Source: Heteronotia binoei (lineage: Eukaryota). From it: a stretch of 64,000 bases of DNA. The position numbers and the translations under genes are program-made. The notes below the pieces were generated by a model. The model was not told the origin of the DNA. It saw only the letters and a list, made by a program, of their open reading frames with translations, and made no database searches. The stretch spans positions 72,416,001 to 72,480,000 of the forward strand of contig NC_083232.1 in assembly GCF_032191835.1 (NCBI RefSeq). Reading direction: 5' to 3'. Shown here in pieces: positions 37,722 through 48,876 of this stretch (the first letter of the stretch is position 1; the number at the start of each line of letters is the position of its first letter).

Positions 37722-37923
37722 TGAACATATGAAGCTGCCTTATACTGAATCAGACCTTTGGTCCATCAAAGTCAGTATTGTCTTCTCAGACTGGCAGCGG
37801 CTCTCCAGGGTCTCAAGCTGAGGTTTTTCACACCTATTTGCCTGGACCCTTTTTTGGAGATGCCAGGGATTGAACCTGGGACCTTCTGCTTCCCAAGCAG
37901 ATGCTCTAACACTGAGCCACCGT
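37722..37923 (-). mobile_element. tRNA-derived SINE with CR1-like tail
   Basis: B box GGTTCAATCCC and 10-bp TSD CCCTACGATA. Relatives at ~16951-17123 (+), ~61290-61445 (-) and ~707-775 (partial). Confidence 0.78.
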
Positions 37924-37934
37924 CCCTACGATAC

Positions 37935-38105
37935 CATGGGGCGGAATTCTAGCAGGAGCTCCTTTGCATATTAGGCCACACATCCCTGATGTAGCAATCC
38001 TCCAAGAGCATACAAGGCTCTTTTTAGTAAGCTCTTGAAGGATTGGCTACATCAGGGGTGTGTGGCCTAATATGCAAAGGAGCTCCTGCTAGAATTCTAC
38101 CCCTG
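37935..38105. mobile_element. Palindromic MITE, variant of the 7695 family
   Basis: Shared core CTCCTTTGCATATTAGGCCACAC...GTGTGGCCTAATATGCAAAGGAG with different GAATTCT-containing ends. TSD not resolved. Confidence 0.78.
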
Positions 38106-40296
38106 ATACCGATCTATTCACTGTTAGATATCATCAGGGTTCCCAACTGCATTAACATAGCTGAAGACCATGTGACACCATAGCCACTTAATGTGATGAG
38201 AGGGAAGCAAACTGATCATAAACCCAAGCCTATAAAGTATAAATATTTCAGATACTGCTTACATTTCTTACATTTAGTGTCCTCATACACACATGTATAA
38301 CTTAGTCCTGGGAGTAATTTTCTCTCTCTCCAGGGACAGTGCAAAATGAGTGAACAGAATGACTTTGAAATAAGAACAGCCTGAATACAGGGTGGGGTTT
38401 TTTGGAAGTTTGGAAATAACACTTATTAACCCAACGGTAACAAAATCTGAAATGTTTAAAGAAGTTATTGTTTGTCCTTTCCATTTTCCTGCCCCCAAGG
38501 AAAGATCCCCTTTATGCGGCCCCTAGGGCAATTCTGGTAGTCATTGCATTTCCATAGTACTGAGCATATTGTTCTCTCTCACTTATCTAGCAACCTCGGT
38601 CTTCATGCCACTGGCTGTACTGGAATCATAGGGTAGAGACAGGTCAAACGCTTTCACCAAGTGGGTATTTTTTGATTTCATAATGTTCTGTAGAAGTGAC
38701 AGAGTTACTTATATGGAGAATGGGCTTTGGAGAGACAGGATTAAAAAGTTTGTCAATGTACACCAGTCCTCTCTGGATAGCCTCTTTGGTCTAGAAATCT
38801 TTCTCCAAATCCCATGTCTGTGTGGGGTTGGTTGTATTTACTCAAACCTGATGAATATATTCCAACCCCACAAAAAATTCCTAGGACTATATCATGTAGA
38901 AGACAGGCGAGGGAACTGCAAACTCTGAATAAATAATTGTATTTTTATAATTACCTGTATATAGAGAATTAACACGTCAACATTGTATATAACAAATTTA
39001 CAAGGATAACCATTCATTTTTTAAAATACTCTACCTAGGTGTTCATTGGCCCTGGTGTGATAAGGTCAGATTTCCATATTTAAATTTTTTTTAAAAAAAA
39101 AAAGCACTGCAAAAAGTTTTTTAAAGAGAATTTTGAAAAAAGTTAAACCTAGTAACCTTCCCCTGAACTCTATTTTTCAACAGGCAGTGTTTAATCAATG
39201 GAATCTTTTTAGCTTCATTCTGAATTGGTACAATTCTAGGAAGGTTGTGTAACACAAGGTTCTTCTGAATGTACAGAGTAGCATTCAATGGTGAGGAGAA
39301 AAGAAGACATCCCAAATAACTATTAGCTTAAATGTCTCATGGCTACAGCCTGTTACCGAAACCCATTTCCAAGCCTAAGTGAAGCTAAGATGAACTTTTA
39401 CTTTAGCCACTGGCTTTTTATACAGAAAATATACTGGAAAATATACAGAAAATGCTGAGAATTTTTGTTGTTGAAACCTGCCAGTGTATGAGCTCCTCGA
39501 TCTCAAATGCCTTTTGCAACAAGATCAAGTCCTCATGAGTCACAATACTGAGGCAACTCGTTATCAAAAAGTATCTCTTCGCTCGCGTTTGAATGTCCAG
39601 AGAAAGTGACAGATTTACTGCTTCTGATTTCTGAAGTGTGAATGGCTTGAGATCACTTATGGCACCAACTAGGCAGCCTAACAATACAGAATTCATCATG
39701 TCAAATCTGCCGAGAGCAATGTTCCATTATACGTGTGATGAGAAAAGAGCCTCCCAGGGATACAGGGAAATTCTGACTCTTTCCACCCACACATGCCAAC
39801 CATCCACTGAGTCCTAGGCTTACATAATGAAAATGTAATTCTGCAAATCTGAATTTAGAATCAACAATAATCAAGCAAACAAAAGGCTGAAATATGGTGG
39901 GAATAGCATTCCAATAATTGCCTGCCATTTACACCCAAAGTACTGTCCGAGATACATCTTCACAAATTACAGTTGTGCTACTTGGAGATAACCTTTGTTA
40001 CGTAGACAGGCAATCTGCAGTAAAATAAAGCAGAAAGGATGGGTACATATTTTCCATACACACTGGACAAAAGTAATATGTAAAGGAAGTGTTGTCCTGG
40101 GTTCATACCAATAAGTGAATAATAATCCTTGTTTCCTTAGCAAAAGCAAGTGGAACGACTGAAAGTGATACAAATAAGGCACTGAACTCTTTCTTCTGTT
40201 ATGGAAAACAGGAAGGAAACTAAGGTTCTAAATTGCTTGGTTTTGACAAACGGCAATGCTCAGAAAAGAAATGACAACCATGAGAAAGTGACATTT

Positions 40297-40592
40297 GTAG
40301 AACAGCAAGATTCAAGTTTGTATTTCCAAGGTATGTACTTTTGAGTCAGAGCTCCCTTCATCAGACTCTAGAAAGCTTATACCCTGGAGACCTTGGCTGT
40401 GATCACACCCACTCAAATAATGCACTTTCAATCCACTTTCCAACTGGATCTTGCCCGTTCACACAGTAAACCGCAGTTGGAAAGTGCAAGGAAAGTGCAT
40501 TATCTAGTGTGTGTGATTGCAGCCCTTGTTGGTCTCAAGTGCTCCTGAAGTCTAATCTTGGTCTTCTACTGCAGATCAATGCAGCCATCCAC
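40297..40592 (+). mobile_element. Penelope-like fold-back fragment with nested MITE
   Basis: The minus strand reads CTGATGAAGGGAGCTCTGACTC; the plus strand continues GAAAGCTTATACCCTGG. Interrupted at 40395-40524. Confidence 0.55.
40395..40524. mobile_element. Palindromic MITE, Harbinger-like
   Basis: GGCTGTGATCACAC / GTGTGATTGCAGCC termini and a 3-bp TSD CTT. Confidence 0.65.
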
Positions 40593-40624
40593 CAAAAGGT
40601 CTTTGTAGAGCAGGCAGGCAGGCG

Positions 40625-40890
40625 AAGATAACACTGGATTTATATCCTGCCCTCCACTCTGAATCTCAGAGCAGCTCACAATCTCCTTTACCTGCCTCCC
40701 CCACAACAGACACCCTCTGAGATGGGAGGGGCTGAGAGAGCTTTCATCGAAGCTGCCCTTTCAAGGACAACTGCGCGAGAGCTATGGCTGACCCAAGGCC
40801 ATTCCAACAGCTGCAAGTGGAGGAGTGAGGAATCAAAACTGGTTCTCGCAGATAAGAGTCTGCACACTTAACCACTACACCAAACTGGCT
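40625..40890 (-). mobile_element. tRNA-derived SINE, same family as 28592-28856
   Basis: Colinear copy with the same head and tail. Confidence 0.82.
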
Positions 40891-40998
40891 TTCAATCAAA
40901 CCAAAGATCACACAAAAGGACTTGCATAAAGAAGGAAAATCCATACATAATTTGTAACTGAGTTATAGCCAGGGTACTTGAGGGAAGCATGCACTCAC

Positions 40999-41282
40999 CT
41001 TGGACATAAGCAGTTTATCCAGGAAGCCGCAGAAGTTAAAGGTGAGCCACCTTTTCCAGTAAAGGATGTTATGTTGGGCAACGTGACAGGTAGATCCTCA
41101 TAAGGCACTGGGACAGGACCGCAGTCCTGGCAGTGAATTATGGGAATTGGTGTCCCCCAATATCGCTGTCGTGATACCAGCCAATCTTTTAATTTACTGC
41201 TCGTTAGATGTCCTCCTACTCCTTTATTTCTGGCTTCCTGGGTAATGGCATTTATTGCTTCTTGTCTACTCATACCTGTGAA
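40999..41282 (-). CDS. LARS2: LARS2 coding exon (~exon 13), 284 bp
   Basis: ATCAG|TTC...CCAAG|GTGAGT. Encodes FTGMSRQEA...[26 protein letters not shown]...WINCLCP(R), containing the LeuRS [15 protein letters not shown] motif. Phase 0-2. Confidence 0.97.
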
Positions 41283-42109
41283 CTGATAAGGACAGACATT
41301 TTTGTATCCAGTTAGTCATACTACTGAGGTAGGCAGGGTCATCTTCCTGCACATGGCAAATACTTCACCAACCACAGATCAAAAAAATAAATTCTATATG
41401 TGGATCCAATGGATTTTTTAAAATTTCCTCTTTCTGTTCTCTTTTCAAAGTCTACAGACCACAGTTGTTACTTTTCAGGTTTAAAAATTAGATGGGTCTC
41501 TTTTCCTAGGATAATAATACAACATTTCAGGCCAAGGAGGAACCAAAAAGCCCTTCTTCTAGAACTCCCCCCCCCCTCAATTTCAAATAAAATCTTCCAA
41601 GTATAAAATGGATGTCTCTTATGCAGTCATACATATTTAAAACAGTTTGAGGCCAGGAATCAGAGACCACTGCAGGTGAAGACCTTGGCACTGGGACTTT
41701 CCAGGCCCTCTTTCACTTCTATCACTTACACACTCCAAAAAGCCATTCTTGAAGGATTGATGACCTTCTGGAGCAGAATTCAATCAGGCACAAGGGGCTG
41801 CAATGGAAAACCAGCAACATTCCTGAGCCCTGTATATGATGTCTCTCCATACAAGGGCACAAAACTCTCTGGATTATGATTTGAATCTTTTAGTAAACAC
41901 TTCTTCCATCCAATTACTTGGGAAATATTTGGTAGGCCCAATACTGGAAGCTTTTATGAATGCTAACATTGCCATGAGCTGGATCTAGCCAGCTTTTCAG
42001 TTAATCTCTTGCAATTCCCTGACATACTACAGCTGTCATCCCAAGTTGCTTTTATACATGCATGACTCTCAGCACTGACTTTTGGGATGGTTAAAGAGGG
42101 CAAGGCTGC

Positions 42110-42210
42110 TAAAATTAGGATATTTTGGAGGACGCTGATTCATGGGGTCACCATAAGTCATAAGTGACTTGACAGCACTTCTCTATCTCTCTCTGTCTCT
42201 CTCACACACA
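42110..42210 (+). mobile_element. Bov-B/RTE-like 3' end
   Basis: ATTCATGGGGTCACCATAAGTCATAAGTGACTTGACAGCAC followed by a simple-repeat tail. Confidence 0.5.
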
Positions 42211-42475
42211 GCAACTCTTTCCTTTTTCACCAGCAGAAAAGCTGGCTGGATCCAACTTTCTGTCTTGCTCTAAAGCACTCCATGCATTAAGAACAGTTAT
42301 CATTAAAATCTCCCTCTATGCAGATGTGGCCTTTGTAAATGCATTTCATGTTCTGCATTTATTTATTGAACCTCATGTTTTAAGTCACACAGTTGCTTTC
42401 ATTCTTTTCTTTAAAGAAGCTGAAAGTTGCTCCCAGGCAACCTTGAGAAGGGAGGGATGAAACAAACAAACAAAC

Positions 42476-42591
42476 CTTGCCTGAGCTGGCCAGTCTCTCT
42501 GAGCCATCTGGCAAAGCTTCTATGACATTTTCAGAAGTCAGACCCAAACTCCGAGCAACTTCAGCATCATCTGGTCTAACACAAGGGACTC
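42476..42591 (-). CDS. LARS2: LARS2 coding exon (~exon 12), 116 bp
   Basis: CCCAG|GA...AAG|GTTTGT. Encodes (G)VPCVRPDDAEVARSLGLTSENVIEALPDGSERLASSGK. Phase 1-0. Confidence 0.93.
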
Positions 42592-44420
42592 CTGGGGAGG
42601 GGAGGAAAATAAGCAACATACATTTATTGAACAAAGATGACCTCACCTTATGGTTTTCTTATGGGAGTGCTTTCAAGCTGGTTTCTAATTCATAATTTAG
42701 TAGACAACATAAGGCTAACTTTACACTTCACAAACCAACTGCAGTTTGTTCCTCCAGTGAAAAAATAGCAAATCCTGTAATTCATGGATTCCCCTTCAGT
42801 CACACAGAGAACCATGATTCCAGTCTGCCTGCTTTCATTTGATGTAGTTTAATCTTGATTTACAACTTCCTGGGAAAGAAACAAGCCTCTATATGTCAAG
42901 GAACCCAAATCAGACATTGCAACAATTGGAGACAAATCACAGTCTCCCTGAAACCAGAAAATCTTTTGATCATGGTTCTGTGAGGGTATAAACACACAAA
43001 CCCAAGAATATGACACTTTTCCCCTTCAACTCATGAACAAACTGTGGAGATCTTCTGAAGTACATCAGCTTCTCTGTCCCATATTTCCCAGTTCTTTTCA
43101 GCACACACATCAGGCTTCAAAAATCAAAAAGGATTTTGTTTGATTGCTATCTTTATTTTCACTGAGTTTCTGCATACAACACAGCCCTTAGAGATTTAAG
43201 ATATACATATTGTTCTTCTCATTGTGAAGGTATGTGGGGATCATCTCCATTATCTCTGGCCTACAGTTTTATTCTGAAATGTGAGAGATTTGGAATCTTT
43301 TCTGGTCTTAGTGTTCTTAGTGGTTTGTACCTAACTTTGTTAAGGAATCAAACTGAATATACAAAGTTGCAAAGTCCGCTCTAGTTGCAAGCAAAGATCA
43401 GGATCCAAAGAAATGTGGCACTACTCCTTGAGCCCAAGGATCTGTCTCTAAAATACCAGCTCCCTTGGTGCATGATAAAACTTGCTGTTGAAAAAAGAGA
43501 ACACTTTCAAAAGCCACTACGGAAGGATCAGCTGTTCAAAGAAAAAAAAATCAAGAATTCCATTGGGCTACTGCAAGTTCCTTGATGAAACCTAACTGTG
43601 CAGTCCTACGCACAGTTACATCCAAGTCAACTGAAGTAGTCTGTGGTCATCAAAGCAGGCCTGCAAGATTCAAGCGGCATCAGGGGGCTCCAGACAGCCC
43701 AACTGGGAGAAATGCGGCCAGGCTGCTGAGGGTGAGGAGAAGCTGTGAAGAGGGGCAAACCCGCACTGGTGAGCAGAACATTTAAAAGGAGGTAGTGAAC
43801 CAATTGAAGGCCCGGAAGGCTACGGGCGCATGGAAGACTGTACTTGGTTGCAGGACCACAGGCTGTGAGACTGAAGGTAATAACTGCAGGGAAGCCTTGG
43901 AAGAGCAAGAGGAAGCCAGCGAGGGTGATAAAGTTCACCAAAAAAAGGCTATGCAGGCACAGGTAACAGAAATCAACCATATAACACAGAATGGCAGCAT
44001 TATGCATCTTAGAGAGATTCAGGTCCCCCAACATAGGCACACTGATTTTATGACCAGTCACTCTCTCCCTCCCTCAGCCTAATGTGCCTCACAGGGTTGT
44101 TGAGTTAGCAGAGGGGCAGGTGTGCTGCCTTAAGCACTCTGAAGGAAAAATTAAAGGAAAAAAAAGTTATGCTGACTAAAATAAAATTCACACATACTTT
44201 CTGATTTTATTTTTAACAAATATATGCAGAACACACTATAACCTTAGATAGTCTCTCCCCCGCCCCCCCCCCCCGGGTTTGGTAATTGCATCTCCTTTAT
44301 TTCTCCTTCCACATTTTCTTACAGAAGCCAAACCACTACCTCAGCAGTTTTAAATATGCCGCTATTTCAATAAGTTTTGTAAATAAACATAGCACTGATC
44401 TTTCATCCTGTAGCACTCAC

Positions 44421-44525
44421 CAATTTTAGCATCAAGATAGCCTTCAAACTCTGATTCTGCTGATACGACTACAGGAACCTCCTGATTTGTGAGCAAATTT
44501 ACAGCTGTCACTGAAGTAAGAGAGT
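44421..44525 (-). CDS. LARS2: LARS2 coding exon (~exon 11), 105 bp
   Basis: TGCAG|AC...ATTG|GTGAGT. Encodes (D)[34 protein letters not shown](G). Phase 1-1. Not in the ORF track; found by manual translation. Confidence 0.93.
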
Positions 44526-46202
44526 CTGCAAAAAATGATCATAACAGAAACATAAATGCCAAGACTGCTCAACTTTTATTAAGAGTAACTGTTGCTATGT
44601 CATTCCTCAATCCTCATGCAGCACATCTTGGAGCTCAGATGTCAACTGGAATAAAACTTTACTAGCAACTTTAAATGTAATTACTTTTCAATTAATATAA
44701 ATTTGTTTCAGCTGCTGAAAGATCTTTATGTCTTATTTTTTTTTAGTTTCTCATTCAATTTTCTATTTGTTCTTCCTGAAAAAAGAAATCACTCTTCAGG
44801 TCTGCGTGGAAGGTTTTTATAAATCATCCAGGAAATAACCATATAGAAACATAAAAGCATACTCTTACCATCTTAGGGGCCTCCCCACACTGTACATGGG
44901 GTTAAAGTCAAAAGTTCTTTTCTATTAATACTGAAGCCTTCCTCTTTGTAGGACATGTACCAAAGAATGGCTCCATTGTTAATGGAATGGATTCCTCTCA
45001 TAATTTTAGGAGTGACTGTTTTGGAAGTTTGCTTTTGAGCAATTTCTTTTTAGATTTAAGAGAGCTAATGCTGTCATGGATCACTAGGTGTCAGCATTTG
45101 CACTTTTCTTAATTCTATATTCTGTCAATAGGTGGCACTAATTTTTCTATTTTTTAAAACGGAGGTACAACATAATATTCTGCAATCCTGTATTTTCACT
45201 AACATAAAAATAAAAAAGATAGCAGGGATGGAGAAAGTGAACCATGTACAGTAGGTACATGTTTAAAACTACAGACTTACATGTGTTAGGCTCCTAAACT
45301 CAGGCAAGCAACCAAAGGAATACATATGATAATTGTACAATCATCTTGAATTAAAATAAGCCTAGGTGAAATATTTGACATTTTGTTAAAAAGTACTTTT
45401 CTGTTCTGATAAACATCCAGTCTTGCCCTTAGGGGTCTATCATGTTTTCCACTTTAGTGCTAGATATGACTGAGCATAAGGATGAGGGCTTTAGATCCAC
45501 AGAGAGTCTAGAAAAGCTGTAGTTGAAAGATAAAGCAAACTCTCTTGAGTATTTAGAAAGTGGGCTCATCCTTATTACTACTGGTATTTGAATATTTTTA
45601 TACCATGATTTTCCAAATCTGAAGACTGCTTCTGGTGTCCCTGTATTAGAATTGTGTAGCTCTAAGGTAATAAAAATAGATTACTACAACCATTTTTAGT
45701 TATTAAGTACAAGTTTAAAAAAATAAAGCTTAGATGCAAAACATGTTATTGCAAATCAAAGATGACACCTGAGGATTGAACTGGCATAAACACTCGTCTT
45801 AAAAGCTTGAAAAACCATTCGATCTGACGTCCTCAGAAAACACACTCAGAAAATTTTGTTTTACTTAACTATGGCTAAAAAATTCCAGCCACTAGAATCA
45901 AACCAGAGTTGGAGACAAATAAACATTAAATAAATGCTTGAATAAAAGCATCAGAAGTCAAGAGAGAACATGAATAGCAACAGCAGTAATGGAGCCACCA
46001 GAATCTTGCCCAATCTGAAGTTGTGATTAATAATTTTGGCTCAAGGTCTCTTGACTGGGCAGACTAATGTAAATAAAAAAGAATAAAATATGTGAACCGG
46101 CACATCCTGCTTTTCTTGAAGTCTTTAACAAATCACACACACACAACACTACCTTTGTAAATGGGGTGCTACTAGAACAAAACAAACACAGTGGGGAATC
46201 AC

Positions 46203-46362
46203 CTTTGCCTGGGACAAAGTCCTTCTGGAGGATTTCCTTTAGACAGCTGTTTCCATGCAGCAGCCAATGGCTAGGTAAGATATACAAGTGAGAAGCTCCA
46301 TATATGGCTTCAGGTGTAGATATATAGGCTGATATTGTTACTCCTGCTGGCTTGTTAATAAC
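46203..46362 (-). CDS. LARS2: LARS2 coding exon (~exon 10), 160 bp
   Basis: ATCAG|GTT...AAAG|GTGATT. Encodes VINKPAGVTISAYISTPEAIYGASHLYILPSHWLLHGNSCLKEILQKDFVPGK, the start of the CP1 domain. Phase 0-1. Confidence 0.92.
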
Positions 46363-46553
46363 CTGATATAACAGAAGAAATGTTCCAGGTAAGAAGGTTA
46401 TTGCAGTTTGCCTCCATAACAATACAACATTTTCACAGCACTGGTTGTTCATTTGGCTGCTCTTCTAAGTGTTCCATTCAAATGAGTTGCCCACTCTATG
46501 CATATTTCGTTTGTCATTCTAACAGCTCAATTTGTTAAAATAAAAATCAAGCC

Positions 46554-46965
46554 CAGGGTCCCCCAAAATGGTACCCAGCACTACTTTGTCAGTACCCGGT
46601 GACCTTTTCAGAAAGTGCCCAGAGCCACTGTAAAGCAGGGCTTGCTATTGGCTACCATCATGCAAATGAAAGGGTCTTCCATGGCTACAATAACAGCTGC
46701 AGCCATTACTGGATCAGGAAAGCACCTGAGCTTTCCTTAGTTAGTGTGGTTCTATTCCTTGTTCAGGTTTTCCTTCTTTTTATTCCCTGTTCCTTTTCTC
46801 CCTTGCCACTTTGGCTTTCCTTCATTTCTCTTTATTCCCTTTCTCTGATTCTCTTGCAAAATGAGAAGGGATATATTGCATTTGGGGGTTAGCATCACCA
46901 TTTTGGGTAATATTCACCACACTTTCAAACATGGCCACAGGCTCAAAAAAGTTGAGGAACCCCTG
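46554..46965. mobile_element. Old hAT (Charlie-like) MITE
   Basis: CAGGGTCCCCAA / TTGAGGAACCCCTG termini. Degenerate TSD ATCAAGCC/GTCTAGCC. Confidence 0.5.
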
Positions 46966-47029
46966 GTCTAGCCCCAAATGCAATATATCTTGCTTAATCT
47001 AAGTGTCAAAATTTGCTTAACCTAAGTGC

Positions 47030-47320
47030 CACACAGAATAAATGTCAGATGTTTGAGAATCACAAGACATGAGCATCAGATGTTTGAGGGAAGGGAGGAA
47101 ATAGATGGGGAGGGAGGAGGGAAGGAGAGCTAGAAAGAAAGCAACTTTAACTTTAAATGCCTTCTCCAAGACACCAGCTGACTTTGCTTAGAGAAGTAAT
47201 TTAAAGAGAATTTAAATGCCTTCTCCAAGCTGGCCAATGGGGCAGTGGGGGCTTTGAGAGCCACAGGATACGTGTGAAAGAGCCACATGTGGGTCCCAAG
47301 CCACAGTTTGGCCACCCCTG
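47030..47320. mobile_element. hAT MITE, same family as 22649-22922 (one end missing)
   Basis: Colinear internal sequence ending GTTTGGCCACCCCTG. Confidence 0.72.
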
Positions 47321-47585
47321 GTCTAACCCATTTTCCTAGCCAAAAAAGCCCAAATCAATATATCCATTGAAGTACATCCACACCTGCAATTAAACATTCA
47401 AACAAATCACAGAGCTGCTTGCCAAACCAATCCAAAACAACAAGAAAAGCAGCAAACACTTTATCATCGTGCCGTACTGAATATAGCCTGCTCCAATCTA
47501 GTTCTATTCTAAATTTTCAGTCACATTACAAGAAATATCACTGCAATTTTCTTTGACCACTTAATTCTAAAACTGAGCAACTCAC

Positions 47586-47693
47586 CTTTAACATGAACTC
47601 AAAATAGCATCCAGAACAGTCCCCCAGCCAGTTGGCTTGCATTTCTTTTATCCCATACCACTTGGGGAGCCCAGGCAAAGCATCAAGCATGGC
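47586..47693 (-). CDS. LARS2: LARS2 coding exon (~exon 9), 108 bp
   Basis: GGCAG|GCC...AAG|GTGAG. Encodes [36 protein letters not shown] (LeuRS MQxNWIG-type motif). Phase 0-0. Confidence 0.95.
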
Positions 47694-48280
47694 CTGCCAG
47701 AACAAGAGGGAAAACATCAGGAACACAAACTATGGGGTAGAGGGAAGACCTGGCCCGGGCTTCTTTTTCCCCACCCTCCTCCCTCAGACCTTTGAGGCTG
47801 AGTATGGTGGACAGAAGACTTGGTGTAAAAGAAGAATACATAACCACCCAGTGTCCGGCTAGCCTAGGATGCAGCAAACAAATAACGTCCTCCCTTGTCT
47901 TTTGGCAAACTGTATGGCACATAAGCAATTTGCCACACTGATGAAAATTCTGGATTAATTTAACAAATAAAATGTAAATTATCATGTAAATTAGATTTCA
48001 TAATCTAATCCTGTTTTGCATTTTGGCTCTTTATTACATCTTCTTCACGCCCCTGTAAAAAATGCAACATAATTAAAAAGGAACAGCATATAAGTATTCA
48101 GTCTTCCAAGACCTCCTCTAAAATATTTCTAATCAATACCACTCTTTGTACCCCTGCTTTCTTCCTACCATTTTGTTCTGTGATGTGCCCACACTCACCT
48201 CTGGTGCAAGATGCCTGCCGCTGACATGAAATGCTTTTGTGCCAGTGCCAAGGGCTCTTTCCTCAGGGGAAGGCACCTTG

Positions 48281-48876
48281 TGTCATGGGTGCTGGGGACC
48301 CTGCAGAAGAAGCTGAGCCTGAAGAAGAAACTGTGCCCCTGCCACCTGCACCAGTGCCCCTGCCTCCTGCTGGAGAAGATCCAAGCCCCCCTGCCTCGCC
48401 CTCTCGGGTGGCTCGTGTGCGTGACCGCCTTCGTCAGGACCTCAGGGATCGGAGGAGGGCGGCACGCTCACGAGCAAGACGCTCCCTGAGCCCTGAGTTT
48501 TGAAAGGATTCTGGCCCTTCTAGAGTGAGGATGCTTGAGTCTCAGCAGGATCCTGGCTGCCTCTCTGAGCCAGCAATTAGCCCAAATGGGCAACAGCCAG
48601 CAGAGGGCTATATAGCTGTGGGCTTTGGGAGGAGGCGTTGTGGAAGCAACTAGTCACTTACCTGACGTTCTAGCATCCACTTCGGCTTTTGACTTTGGCT
48701 TCTGGACTCCCTGACTTTGGCTTTGACTTCTGGACCCCCTGACTTCGGCTTCTGAACCTCTGACCTGCGATACCTGGACTGTGATTGGGTTTTGGCGCCT
48801 TGGACCCTCTTTGCTCACCAGCTACAGACCTTGGACTGCCCCTGGACTTTGCCTGACCCGGCCTCAGCCCGTGACA
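48281..48876 (+). mobile_element. Solo LTR of the same chromovirus family (596 bp)
   Basis: TGTCATGGG...CGTGACA with a perfect 5-bp TSD CCTTG (48276-48280, 48877-48881). Roughly 90-92% identical by eye to the 605-bp LTRs. No internal sequence on either side. Confidence 0.96.
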
